Positions 38,950 through 49,867 of a DNA stretch of 59,990 nucleotides are shown in pieces. The notes under the pieces were generated by a model. The model searched no databases. It worked only from the letters and a program-made list of their open reading frames with translations, and was not told where the DNA came from. The stretch's first letter is position 1. Each line of letters begins with the position of its first letter. The stretch spans positions 1 to 59,990 of the forward strand of contig CAZHRF010000015.1 of assembly GCA_964534625.1 (NCBI GenBank), written 5' to 3'. This DNA is from an uncultured archaeon. GTDB taxonomy: Archaea; Asgardarchaeota; Heimdallarchaeia; Heimdallarchaeales; Heimdallarchaeaceae. The translations under genes were made by a program, and so were the position numbers.

Positions 38950-39987
38950 TTATATCACCAATAACACTAACGTAATAAACAATGCCAATGAAGAAACGGG
39001 TACAACATATTTCCATGCAAAATTGGCTGTTTGGTCTATTCGAACATTTGACAGTACCGCTCTAAGGTATGCCAAAAGTGCAACAACGAATAGTAATTTC
39101 AAGCTAAAGACAATCAAATTAAGAATGAAATCTACGACAATTATACCAGTTGCTATTAAATAAGGACCTCCAAGAAAGAATGAAACAATAAAGCCTGCTC
39201 TAAAACAAGCTCTAATGAGTTCAGTAATATAGATTAAAGCATATCTCCAGCCACCATACTCTACTAGCCAACCATCGGCAATATCTGTTTTAGTAATTGG
39301 AGAATCAAAGGGTTGTTTTTCTAGTTCTGCAAGTACAACAAGAATAGCAACACCAAATGAAATGATCAATCCTATAGCCAATAATGGATTAGCACGTAGA
39401 CCAGGATAAACATTTTTTGTTATATATGCTATATTAAAAGATTGGTCGCCAGTTTGACCCGCAATTAACATCGGAACTATAAAACTAAATCCCAAAGGTA
39501 TTTTAAAGCATAACACTTGCAAAAGTGAACGGGTTGCCCCTACTTGACCAAACGGGTTCTTGGACAAAAAGCCTAATAGAAAGATGATTATACCATCGGT
39601 TAGAAGAATAAAGAATATGAAAAATACATCAAATTCAAATGATGTAAAACCCATTATTATACTTTCAGCTACATTATATTTACCCAATGTAAAACCCGTC
39701 TCTATACTAATAAGTGCGATAGGTAGAACCAAGAGATCAAGTAAAACTGCGCCTAAAAATAAAGTTGGAAGAGCAGTAAACCAAAAAGAATTAACACCAT
39801 CTGGTTTGATTGAATCCTTACTTAGGAGTTTTAATACATCCCACAAAGGTTGTAAAAGAGGAGGTCCTCGTCGGCTCTGACAGCGTGCATATATTTTTCT
39901 GTCAACGAAATCTACTAGAAGAGCCATAAAAAGAACGTAAATTATCCCAGGTATAGTTGCAAAACCTATTATCTTTAACCAAATCAT
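38950..39987 (-). CDS. NuoH/HyfC-like complex I subunit 1, divergent
   Basis: DRKIYAR.Q.RRGP..LQP..D..KL, PFD, EYGG, RIDQ. Confidence 0.88.
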   Translation of the reverse strand: MIWLKIIGFATIPGIIYVLFMALLVDFVDRKIYARCQSRRGPPLLQPLWDVLKLLSKDSIKPDGVNSFWFTALPTLFLGAVLLDLLVLPIALISIETGFTLGKYNVAESIIMGFTSFEFDVFFIFFILLTDGIIIFLLGFLSKNPFGQVGATRSLLQVLCFKIPLGFSFIVPMLIAGQTGDQSFNIAYITKNVYPGLRANPLLAIGLIISFGVAILVVLAELEKQPFDSPITKTDIADGWLVEYGGWRYALIYITELIRACFRAGFIVSFFLGGPYLIATGIIVVDFILNLIVFSLKLLFVVALLAYLRAVLSNVRIDQTANFAWKYVVPVSSLALFITLVLLVI

Positions 39988-40173
39988 ATATTTTTCCCCA
40001 TCATATATTTCTCTACCTATAGAGTCATTTTTTAGCAGTAAAGGGATACATAATTAGAGTGTACGTTTTATAAATGATAATGCACCCTATAATCTGCTAT
40101 GTTCAATTTGAATATATGCTATAATAATAGTTTAAAATAATTTCGCTACATATAAAATCTTTTTCCTATTGTT

Positions 40174-40245
40174 TAGTACTTCCGAATTAAGCGGATAACC
40201 TCAACGTAAATAGATTTTGAATAGGTCTAAATTGGTTTTTACCTA
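40174..40245. mobile_element. Partial MITE, copy 3 (left part)
   Basis: TAGTACTTCCGAATTAAG identical to copy 1 left end; interior ATAACCTCAAC.TAA and CTAAATTGGTTTTTACCT similar to copy 2. Confidence 0.55.
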
Positions 40246-40250
40246 TCCTA

Positions 40251-40434
40251 GCCAGAATGCTCACTCACTTGGGGGTGGGATGAATGGCGTAAAATCTTTA
40301 TGGTTAGTTATACGTTTAAATAGGAAAAAAGAATGTATACATACGTAACAATGAAACGTAACAGAACTTACAAAGTGAGAATATACCCAACGGAAGAACA
40401 AGAAATTAAGAGAACGCATTACTATCTGGAGTAG
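40251..40434 (+). pseudogene. tnpB: IS200/IS605 left end plus 5' fragment of tnpB
   Basis: Left-end hairpin GCCAGAATGCTCACTC...GGGTGGGATGAATGGC; ORF 40351-40434 MKRNRTYKVRIYPTEEQ is the TnpB N-terminal HTH motif. Confidence 0.75.
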
Positions 40435-40528
40435 TGTGGCTCTAAGGTTATTTTTTGATTAAATTCCAGTATATTTCTTTATTTTAAATATATTTAAAAA
40501 TGTAAGATTTATTATTTCTTTGTAACAA

Positions 40529-43321
40529 ATGAAAGCACATAGCAGTTCTATAGATGAATTATATCAAAAATATGATACTAGTTTTGAAGGGTTATCTCAA
40601 TCTGAAGCTGAGAAACGGATTCAAGAATATGGAGAAAACACCATTGACACTGGTAAAACTTATAATCCTTGGGTCATTTTTTTCAGTCAATTTACAGATC
40701 TCTTAGTCATAATATTACTTTGTGCAGGTATAATTACTGCAATTATTGGTATCATAGAAAGAAACGCTGAACAGGTCATAGATGTTATAGCTATTGCTGT
40801 TGTAGTATTATTAAACGCTTTTTTAGGCTTTTATCAAGAGATTTCCGCGGAAAAAGCCATTAATTCTTTGAAACAATATACAATGAGCGAGATTATTGTT
40901 ACTCGTGATAAAAAGAAAAAACGAGAAAAAGCAGTAAATCTTGTTCCGGGAGATATTGTATTTATTGAAACTGGTGACCAAGTTCCAGCTGACATCCGCA
41001 TTATACAAAGTTATGAAATCAGAACTAATGAAAGCATCCTTACGGGAGAGTCAACTACAGTTAAAAAACGGAATGAGATCTTACCTGAAAATACCTCTTT
41101 AGCAGACCGTACAAATATGTTATTTAAAGGAACAGCTGTTGTTAATGGAACAGGCGTGGGTTTGGTTGTTGCTACAGCCATGGACACAGAATTAGGGAAA
41201 ATAGCCTTTTCGCTAAAAGAAATCAAAACAGACGACACACCAATTAAAAAGAAGTTAGCTAATCTCGCCAAAAATATCACATATATAATTATCAGTTTAT
41301 CGGTCATAATTCTCATTCTTGGTTTATTCCTTATGAAGGATACAACCATTGCAGAAATTTTTATTTTTGCAATAGGATTAGCTGTTGCAGCTGTCCCAGA
41401 AGGTTTACCCGCTGTTCTCACCCTATCTTTGGCATTAGGTGTTACACGAATGGCGCGTAAAAAAGCGCTTATACGCAAATTACCTGCAGTTGAAGTCTTA
41501 GGGAGTACAACAACCATTTGTACTGATAAAACGGGTACATTAACGCGTAATCAGATGACAGTAAAGGCACTCTGGACTACTAAACATAGATATGAGGTAA
41601 CTGGTTCAGGATATCTCAATAATGGGGACATACTAGAATCAGATTCTTTGACACCGGTCACAGCTGCAGAAAATGAAACACTTAAAAGAGCACTTGAAAT
41701 CTGTAATTTTGCTAATGAAAGTTCTATTGAAGAACAAGGCCCAATGCAACCGTATAAAACATTCGGGGATCCAACTGAGATTGCCTTACTTATCCTTGTT
41801 GAAAAAGGCAAAAATGGCAGTAATTTACGACAACAATGGAGCAAGGAATACGTTTTCCCTTTTGACAGTAATCGTAAACGCATGAGCACTATAATTAAAA
41901 ACAAAGAAACAGGCAAATATATAGTTGTGGTTAAGGGAGCACTAGATATCCTTTTAGAACTCTGTGATAAAAAATATGAAGAGGGAAAAGAAAAATCACT
42001 CAAAAAAGATGAAAAAGAACGAATACAAACAGTTAGCGACAATTACTCATCTAAATTTGCTTATAGAGTACTAGGTTTAGCTTTCAAAGATATAGACGAA
42101 GAAACAGCTAAAAAACTTATACTCAGTGAGGATAATGAAAAAGTCGAGAAAGAGCTTACCTTTGTTGGATTTAGTGCTATGATAGATCCAGCAAGAGATG
42201 AAACAAGACCTGCAATTGAAAAGGCGTATTTAGCGGGTATTAATGTAAAAATGATTACAGGTGATCATATGACTACAGCAGAAGCTATAGCTAGAGAGAT
42301 TAACCTTCAAAGCGAGGTTGAAACAATATCTGGAAATAGGCTAGATCATATGTCAGAAGAAGAATTAGACAGTGTTATCGATAACACAAATATCTTTGCA
42401 CGTGTTTCACCTCAACATAAACTATCCATCGTCAATTCTCTAAAAAGAAAAGGTGAGATAGTAGTTATGACAGGTGATGGAGTAAATGATGCTCCTGCTT
42501 TAAAAAGAGCAGATATAGGAGTAGCAATGGGAATTACTGGTACAGATGTTAGCAAAGAAGCCAGTGACATGGTTCTTGTTGATGATAATTTTGCCAATAT
42601 AATCGATGCTATTGAAGAAGGACGTATTATTTATGATAATATGAAACGGTTTATTACTTATCTCTTAAGTGCAAATGCGGGTGAGATATTGACGGTTATT
42701 TTTGCTATGATTCTTGGTATGATCTTTCATCAAACAGCATATATTCCCATCTTAGCTATCCAATTACTTTTTATTAACTTACTAACAGATACATTCCCAG
42801 CTATAGCATTGGGAGTTACACCCCCTGAAGGAGAAATCATGCTCAGAGCTCCGCGAGATCCTGATGAACCTTTACTTGACAAGGAAGTTATTCTGACTAT
42901 TTTTCTAACAGGATTCATTTACGCTATCGGTACCATGATCCTCTTTTTCTGGGCATTAGATAGATATGATACTGATACTAAGATTGCGGAAACAATGGTT
43001 TTTACTGCCCTTGTCTTTTATCAGCTTTTCCATTCCTTATCTGTAAGTAAAAATGGCACCATCTTTAACAAAAAAATCTTTGAACATAAATCTCTTTTCT
43101 TGGCAATCTTTGTTGGAGCAACACTTCAATTAATGGCAATCTACATGCCAGGTATCAATACAATACTTCATACAGCACAGTTAGAATGGGTTCATTGGAA
43201 GATGATACTATTAACACTTATACCCATTGCTATCATAGGAGAATTGAAAAAACTATTAATAAAACATAAAGTTAGCAGATATACAAGGAAGAAGGAAGAA
43301 GGAAGAAGGGAAAAGGAATAA
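40529..43321 (+). CDS. Cation-transporting P-type ATPase (type II, Ca2+-like)
   Basis: TGES, PEGL, DKTGTLT, KGA, TGDGVNDAPALK. Confidence 0.96.
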   Translation: MKAHSSSIDELYQKYDTSFEGLSQSEAEKRIQEYGENTIDTGKTYNPWVIFFSQFTDLLVIILLCAGIITAIIGIIERNAEQVIDVIAIAVVVLLNAFLGFYQEISAEKAINSLKQYTMSEIIVTRDKKKKREKAVNLVPGDIVFIETGDQVPADIRIIQSYEIRTNESILTGESTTVKKRNEILPENTSLADRTNMLFKGTAVVNGTGVGLVVATAMDTELGKIAFSLKEIKTDDTPIKKKLANLAKNITYIIISLSVIILILGLFLMKDTTIAEIFIFAIGLAVAAVPEGLPAVLTLSLALGVTRMARKKALIRKLPAVEVLGSTTTICTDKTGTLTRNQMTVKALWTTKHRYEVTGSGYLNNGDILESDSLTPVTAAENETLKRALEICNFANESSIEEQGPMQPYKTFGDPTEIALLILVEKGKNGSNLRQQWSKEYVFPFDSNRKRMSTIIKNKETGKYIVVVKGALDILLELCDKKYEEGKEKSLKKDEKERIQTVSDNYSSKFAYRVLGLAFKDIDEETAKKLILSEDNEKVEKELTFVGFSAMIDPARDETRPAIEKAYLAGINVKMITGDHMTTAEAIAREINLQSEVETISGNRLDHMSEEELDSVIDNTNIFARVSPQHKLSIVNSLKRKGEIVVMTGDGVNDAPALKRADIGVAMGITGTDVSKEASDMVLVDDNFANIIDAIEEGRIIYDNMKRFITYLLSANAGEILTVIFAMILGMIFHQTAYIPILAIQLLFINLLTDTFPAIALGVTPPEGEIMLRAPRDPDEPLLDKEVILTIFLTGFIYAIGTMILFFWALDRYDTDTKIAETMVFTALVFYQLFHSLSVSKNGTIFNKKIFEHKSLFLAIFVGATLQLMAIYMPGINTILHTAQLEWVHWKMILLTLIPIAIIGELKKLLIKHKVSRYTRKKEEGRREKE

Positions 43322-43444
43322 TTCTCTTCTCTTTCTTTTTCATCTATGGGGTTTATAGTAGATAATGAAAGTTAACTATACATATTTGAACAAAGATGCA
43401 TCCTAATATGTTTTGATCTAATATTTACTTACACCCACCAGTTT

Positions 43445-43840
43445 TTAATCCAAAATGATATTTACTATCATTGACTGATACTTCTTTTCGTTTATATTGA
43501 CTCGTTTAGCCAATATTTCTATTAATTTATTATCTTCAACATCGTAAATCTGATTTGTAGTGTTATCAATAACATTAATGTGGACTTTTTTATTCATCTC
43601 TATTCTAGTTTCATCATTAAAATCAAATGTTTTAACTACTCCTATTTCTTCTAATGTGACTATGGTATTGAAAATTGTTGAGAAACTTATTGTAGGTAAT
43701 TTTGATTTAACATGTTCATATATTCCATTCATAGAGGGATGTTCATCAGCAAGCTCATGAAGGACTTTTAGTATTGTCATACGTTGTGGAGTTAGTTTAT
43801 ACCCCTTATTTTTTAACCTTTTAATGCTGTCTGCATACAT
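43445..43840 (-). CDS. Fur/PerR-family regulator
   Basis: KLTPQRMTIL, HPS, ISFSTIFNT; divergent from the DPS-like gene. Confidence 0.85.
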   Translation of the reverse strand: MYADSIKRLKNKGYKLTPQRMTILKVLHELADEHPSMNGIYEHVKSKLPTISFSTIFNTIVTLEEIGVVKTFDFNDETRIEMNKKVHINVIDNTTNQIYDVEDNKLIEILAKRVNINEKKYQSMIVNIILD

Positions 43841-43894
43841 TATGATTAGATATGTATTCTAGACTATAAAAAAATTTAGTTAATAGTAATTTTT

Positions 43895-43931
43895 ATTTAG
43901 AAATAGTTTTGTAATAGAAATAACTTTAAAT
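43895..43931. promoter_or_regulatory. Possible Fur/PerR operator between the divergent genes
   Basis: TAGAAATA repeated at 43898 and 43915 with imperfect dyad ATTTAGAAA-TAG-TTTTGTAAT; AT-rich context weakens the call. Confidence 0.3.
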
Positions 43932-43951
43932 AATAAAAATTATACTCATTA

Positions 43952-44515
43952 GTGGTGACTAAAATGGCAAGAGTTGCACGAGAAGTTGTAGAAAAAACAG
44001 GAATCAATGTTGATGAACTTTTAGAACTATTAATTAAAAATGCTGCTGCTGAGCTAACTACATATTATTACTATACAATACTTAGAGCTAATTTAATAGG
44101 ACTAGATGGAGAAACCATAAAAGAGATTGCGGAAGTTGCAAGAATAGAAGATCGAAATCATTTCGAAGCTTTAGTACCACGTATCTATGAACTTGGAGGA
44201 AGTCTGCCCGAGAATATGAACGATTTTCATGATATATCGGCTTGTCCTCCCGCTAAATTACCAAAAGACCTAACAGATATGACGGCTATTCTAAAAGTGT
44301 TAGTGGAAGCAGAAAGATGTGCTGTTCGAGGATATTCAAAAATTTGCAACATGACAGCTGGAAAAGACCATAGAACGTATGATTTGGCTTTAGCTATTCT
44401 CAATGAAGAAGTTGAGCATGAATCATGGTTTTCGGAATTTTTAGGAGAAGGCCCATCTGGTCATTTCATGAGACGAGGAGAATCATCACCTTTTGTATCT
44501 AAATTTCTAAAATAA
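43952..44515 (+). CDS. DPS-like (DPSL) ferritin-superfamily protein
   Basis: AAAELTTYYYYT, EDRNHFE, SACP, AERCA, EEVEHE, GPSGHF. Confidence 0.92.
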   Translation: MVTKMARVAREVVEKTGINVDELLELLIKNAAAELTTYYYYTILRANLIGLDGETIKEIAEVARIEDRNHFEALVPRIYELGGSLPENMNDFHDISACPPAKLPKDLTDMTAILKVLVEAERCAVRGYSKICNMTAGKDHRTYDLALAILNEEVEHESWFSEFLGEGPSGHFMRRGESSPFVSKFLK

Positions 44516-44814
44516 ATATGAAAATTAATTATTTTCTCTTTATTTTTATCTATTTTCTTTTCTTTTCTTTTCTTTGTTTTGGATCAAGCTATGTAATAAT
44601 AGTATTTTCTTGGTTCTAAAAGCAAATCGGAAGCATTAAAGTAATTACTGGTCTCATATCCTTATCTTTCATCATATGAAATGTTAATACTAGATTCTTG
44701 GGACAAAGTACTCCTTACGTTACACTTATTACTCTCACATCTATTGACAAAGATATAAATAATAACAACACAACGTAATACTTGACTAATTATCAACATT
44801 AAGAGGTCAAAAAA

Positions 44815-47679
44815 TTGTTATCTCGTAAAATTTATGGCGCTTTAGTGCTTATTCTAGTTATTCTAGGAATTGGATCTTTTTCTATACATGAAAATATAGT
44901 TTTTGCTTATCCAACAATCACTCAAAGTAGCTTAACCAATATTAATGATTTTCAACTAGCTATTGATAATCATATTGTAAAAGTTAATCCTTTAACCGAT
45001 AGAGACAGAGATGGTATTCATGATACTTTTGAAACTTCACTTCAGAAAATGGCTCATGATGAAATAACAGAGGCTATTATTTCTTTCTCGAACCCGATAG
45101 ATTCAACTATTCTTAATTATGTGGAATCTTTGGGTTTGGAAGTTTTAAACGAATACTCTGTGATTTATGCTTTACATGTCAAAGGTGCAGCTGATAGAAT
45201 AAAACAAATAAGAACTCTTGATTCTACTGTTTTTATTGAGGGTAATAGTTTATCTCATTCTTTACTCTATAATGTTACCACCTCAACAGGTGTTAGAACC
45301 CTCTGGCAGGAGAGTTCAGGCTTTGGGTATACTGGTAACCCAAATACAGCTATTGCTATATTAGATACTGGTATCGATGATTCTCATACTGACGCCAACT
45401 TCAGTCTTGTCTATTGGGAAGATTTTGCTGGTGCTGATTATTCTGTTACAGGTGATGAATATGAAACGCCTTCCGATAAAGGTGAACATGGAACCCATTG
45501 TGCCGCCATAGCCGCTGGTAAAGGTGAACACTCGAATAATACTTTTTATTATCAAGATTCTGGTCGATTACCACCTGAAGACTATGCAAATTATGGTTCG
45601 TGGTTTTATGTAGAAGAAAAACAAACAGTAACAATAAACTGTACTTGGGAAGGTACAGGTACAGAGACAACTTTCTTTGGTTTTTGGAATACCACAGATG
45701 CATGGATTGCTAGTAATTATGGTTCTGGATCTTCGACTTCTCCCGCTTCATTTTCAGCTGAGTTAGAACCAGGTTGGTATCGATCCATGTATGGTAATCA
45801 AGCAGGTGCCCAAGGATTATATTATTCTGGTCAAGTTACATTTGAGTATGACTGGACAAATCCTTATGCTGATGATAGAGGTCCTTTTGCAGGCGTAGCC
45901 CCCTCTTCAAACATTGTCGGTCTAAAAGTATTAGATGATACTGGTGTTGGTTCCTCAACTGCTCTTCTCAATGCTTTTGAATGGCTATACAACTATGGAC
46001 AAGATTACAATGTAACTGTAGCCTCGCTCTCGCTTGGATGGGACAGTATTGTTTCTTCTATAGATTCTGCTCTAAGCAATTTAGTTCGAGAAAAAGGCAT
46101 TATTTGTGTTGTTGCAGCAGGTAATAGTGGTACATCTTCAGGAGGGATTTTCTCTCCCGCGTCTAGTCCCGATAGTATTGCTGTGGGCTCTGTAAACAAA
46201 GCATTTGAAATAGCATATTATAGTAGTAATGGTAACCCAGCATTAGATTATATCCGTCCCGATGTGGTAGCACCAGGTGGATCTACCGCAACAGATGGTT
46301 CTTCTGCACCTTTTCAACCTATCATTGCTGCTGACTCGAATTCAGCTGATGGCGTTTATGATGAATCTCCTGGCACGGATTATTATCATAACAACTTTAG
46401 AGGGATGCAAGGTACTTCAATGGCTTGTCCTTTTGTTGCTGGTTTGGCACAATTAGTCATTGATGCTATGATAGAACGTGATGGATCATGGGAATATTCA
46501 TGGGAAAATGCTAAAAAAGTGAAACAAATTATTTCAATGGGTACATTCGAACTTAGAACTCTCGAGAGCACCTCCTCAACAGGTGGAGAGAGTCATGATG
46601 GAGATGGAGATGCTGTTAGCCAAGATGCGCCTATTAACAGAATTGAAAAAGATGTTACTGAAGGTTGGGGGTGTGTTTCACCCATTGCGGCCATTCAAGC
46701 TGTAACTAATTGGTTAGACGTTGGACAAGAAAAAACAGTTGATCTTTCAGGGAGATTAGGGGGAACACATGTGGTTATTTATCAACTTAATTTAACAGCC
46801 AATACGATGTATTTAATGAAAGGCAATTATACAGTTGATTTTTTCATAGATGCAGATTTATTACTTTTTGATAGTATCCCTGATGAATATGGCGATCCTG
46901 TTCTTGTTGGAAATAATACTCTTGGTCTTGTTACTAATGATTCTTCCATCTTCTCTGTAAGTGAAAATGGGACGTACTATCTCGTTGTAAGATGGGTTGA
47001 CGGCAATTATGAAGGTTCATGTAAACTTTCTATAGAGGAACTTATCCAACTAGAATCTCCTGAGAATGAATCAGTTTTAAACTCTGGAACTTTAATCACA
47101 TTGAATATAACTGATTCAGATCTAGATTTGCAATACCAATGGAACGATGATCCACTTGCGCCTCTAGATCCTTTGGAAGGTATTTATCTCCCCTTAGGAG
47201 ATCAAATGCATGTTCTTTCAATTTACGCTACAGATATACATGGCACGACTGGTTCTATATCGTTTATGTTTACTACTGACGACACACCACCTTCTATTTC
47301 ATTAACTTCCCATGCTAATAATACAGAAGTTTCTATTGAAGAGACAATTGTTTTAAGCATAACTGATGTTCATCTTTTAGAAGTTAAATATAACTGGAAT
47401 GGAGAAACTAATGACACGCTGACTGACCCTTTTGAAGTTAATATACCAGAAGAAAGTGGTCAGCATATTCTCAATGTCTTTGCTGAAGATCTAGCTGGCA
47501 ATAAACAAAAAGCTAGTTTCACATTTACTTCAATTACAACGACTACTACAGAAACAACTACACCTACAGATACAACAACACCCACAGAAACGGAACCTTT
47601 AAGCAATAATCTATATCTATTAATTATGCCTAGTGCTTTAATAATATGTTTAATTGCAAAAAAGAAGTACAAAAAATAG
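44815..47679 (+). CDS. Secreted, membrane-anchored S8 (subtilisin-like) protease
   Basis: Signal peptide, LDTGID, HGTHCA, AAGN, GTSMA, Ig-like repeats, Thr-rich linker, C-terminal TM + KKKYKK. Confidence 0.93.
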   Translation: MLSRKIYGALVLILVILGIGSFSIHENIVFAYPTITQSSLTNINDFQLAIDNHIVKVNPLTDRDRDGIHDTFETSLQKMAHDEITEAIISFSNPIDSTILNYVESLGLEVLNEYSVIYALHVKGAADRIKQIRTLDSTVFIEGNSLSHSLLYNVTTSTGVRTLWQESSGFGYTGNPNTAIAILDTGIDDSHTDANFSLVYWEDFAGADYSVTGDEYETPSDKGEHGTHCAAIAAGKGEHSNNTFYYQDSGRLPPEDYANYGSWFYVEEKQTVTINCTWEGTGTETTFFGFWNTTDAWIASNYGSGSSTSPASFSAELEPGWYRSMYGNQAGAQGLYYSGQVTFEYDWTNPYADDRGPFAGVAPSSNIVGLKVLDDTGVGSSTALLNAFEWLYNYGQDYNVTVASLSLGWDSIVSSIDSALSNLVREKGIICVVAAGNSGTSSGGIFSPASSPDSIAVGSVNKAFEIAYYSSNGNPALDYIRPDVVAPGGSTATDGSSAPFQPIIAADSNSADGVYDESPGTDYYHNNFRGMQGTSMACPFVAGLAQLVIDAMIERDGSWEYSWENAKKVKQIISMGTFELRTLESTSSTGGESHDGDGDAVSQDAPINRIEKDVTEGWGCVSPIAAIQAVTNWLDVGQEKTVDLSGRLGGTHVVIYQLNLTANTMYLMKGNYTVDFFIDADLLLFDSIPDEYGDPVLVGNNTLGLVTNDSSIFSVSENGTYYLVVRWVDGNYEGSCKLSIEELIQLESPENESVLNSGTLITLNITDSDLDLQYQWNDDPLAPLDPLEGIYLPLGDQMHVLSIYATDIHGTTGSISFMFTTDDTPPSISLTSHANNTEVSIEETIVLSITDVHLLEVKYNWNGETNDTLTDPFEVNIPEESGQHILNVFAEDLAGNKQKASFTFTSITTTTTETTTPTDTTTPTETEPLSNNLYLLIMPSALIICLIAKKKYKK

Positions 47680-47943
47680 TTAGGATTTTTTGTTCTTTCT
47701 TTTCTTTCTTTTTATTTTGTTACTACAATATCGAATACTGAATGTCATTTTGATCTTTAATCTGCGTTTAATACCTAATGCTCTAAACTATCACTCTAAA
47801 TATAACATAATGTAAAAAACACCATTAAGAGGTGTTTAGGACGTTTTTAAATTGTTTCATGCTATATTGTTCAAATTTTAACTAAAACAAAAATGTTTCA
47901 AACTTAGGTTTATATAGTCTTTTTTAGTATATTAACAAGTAGA

Positions 47944-48888
47944 ATGCTTTCGAATGTAAAAAAACCTATTGAATATCAATGTAATCTGTGTAATAAATCG
48001 CGTTTAATCTATGTATCTGAAGATTTGCATATTATTGATGAGACAGGAACTAAAGAATATGTCGATGTACATCTGTGTAAAAACAATACTAATAAAGCAG
48101 TCATTTTGAATGTTGATCCTTCATTTGTTGTACGTTCTCAATTTGCAATAGATCCAATTAAAGAAGATAGCGATACTCTGAAGGAAAATTATTTTAACAT
48201 TCCTATTCCCAATAAAAGTGATTTAACAAAGAAAAATATTCTTTTTAATGATTATACAGCCAAAAATCTTAAAGAACTTTCAATAATTGATAAATTACGA
48301 CAGACTATTTTGGTTCTTGATTCAAATCTTTCTTCAAAGGAGGAAAGCCAAAGAACAAAAATTATTGGGATAGCATCTAATTTACAATTTATTCATATAG
48401 AAGCTAGAATTACAAATGATATTAATACCAAAAATGCCTTAGAGTGGTTAAAAAACTTGGCAGATATTTTAGAATCTATGATTGTGTTTAATGAAGATCT
48501 CTTTTACGTTCTGGGTGGATATATTGATGGACATTTAATGGAAGCACCAAGTTTACATGAAAATTTGGTTATGAAACTACTATTACAAGCTTCTCTAGTC
48601 ATCCCTTACACAACAGAAGATTACATAAAAGACTTTGAAAAAGAGGTAGAGAGTCTTTTATTAGAAGTATCTAATAAACGACAAGAGAAATTAATGAGAG
48701 CAATTATACAGGAAACAAAAAACAACTCAAATCAATCAATTTTATTTCTCTATTATATCATCTGTGCAAACTTATTGGAAGAACTAGAAATGAGTTATAA
48801 TTTATTAGAATTTATTGAAGCTTTTATTCCCTTTATTATAGAAGGACTAATTTCTTTGGATCAAATAGAATTCATAACAATCAACTAA
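47944..48888 (+). CDS. Hypothetical protein with N-terminal Cys/His metal-binding motif
   Basis: CNLC...DVHLC; otherwise unrecognised. Confidence 0.7.
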   Translation: MLSNVKKPIEYQCNLCNKSRLIYVSEDLHIIDETGTKEYVDVHLCKNNTNKAVILNVDPSFVVRSQFAIDPIKEDSDTLKENYFNIPIPNKSDLTKKNILFNDYTAKNLKELSIIDKLRQTILVLDSNLSSKEESQRTKIIGIASNLQFIHIEARITNDINTKNALEWLKNLADILESMIVFNEDLFYVLGGYIDGHLMEAPSLHENLVMKLLLQASLVIPYTTEDYIKDFEKEVESLLLEVSNKRQEKLMRAIIQETKNNSNQSILFLYYIICANLLEELEMSYNLLEFIEAFIPFIIEGLISLDQIEFITIN

Positions 48889-49317
48889 ACTGCTCTTTAA
48901 ATTGAGTTTAAAAGGCATATCAATCACCTAATAAGCAGATGTGATTATTTTCTTTAATACATTGTCAATAAAACGAGACATGCTTACTTTTATCTATTCT
49001 GCAATTTATCTTCATCAGTAGGACAGAAACACCAATGAATTAAGATATAAGGAACACCGCATTTAATAAGTAGTGCTGAAATTTTAAGTTTCAATAATTA
49101 ATCTGTCATCAAAAGTTATGCTAACAATATCAGGAGGATAAGAGTGAATAGAGGGATCAGAGGGATTGGCGAGTGTACAACTAGCTTGAGTTAGATCGTT
49201 ATAATGGATTTAGTGCAAATAGTAAAAATAATAAACTTTAATGCCCATTTTTTCCTTGACTCAATGTCATACAAATGAGTTAATATTTACTAGTCACAAA
49301 ATTATTTAGGCGATAGA

Positions 49318-49542
49318 ATGGAAAAAAAGATAATTAGAACCATAACTGAAATTCTTAAAAAAAATGACGCAGTCAAAGTGTCCATTTTCGGTTCATTTGC
49401 AAGAGGAGAAGAAAGAGAGGGGAGTGATATTGATCTTCTGGTAGAGTTTGCAAGGTACAAGAGTCCGTTTCTTTTTTTGCTTGGGCCTGTTATTCATCAA
49501 GAAACAATCGTTGAGACAAGTATAGTAGCTAACCCCAAATAG
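49318..49542 (+). pseudogene. Truncated minimal nucleotidyltransferase (MNT)
   Basis: FGSFARGE...SDIDLLV; the expected C-terminal half is replaced and no HEPN gene follows. Confidence 0.65.
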
Positions 49543-49867
49543 TCTATATAGTTCTAAATATAAACAATTCAATATAGTCAAGATATTTTCAGCAAAATTA
49601 AGAACATATCCGCTCCAGAGTGCACAAGATAGAAAGAATATACGCTATCTCAAGAAAGGCATATAAAATGATTTTTTCTTACTCCAAGTGAAATGAAGTC
49701 TACTCATTCTTCTTTTACTTTTCTTTGTGTTTGTATTATGTTTCATCAATATTGAATCATCCATTGGAAACTTTTTCATCAATTATTATTCTCTCAAGTT
49801 CATCGATTTTTAATAGTTTTTTGAATTCAAATCACACAATAACGCAAGATCTAGATCTTGTTATTCT

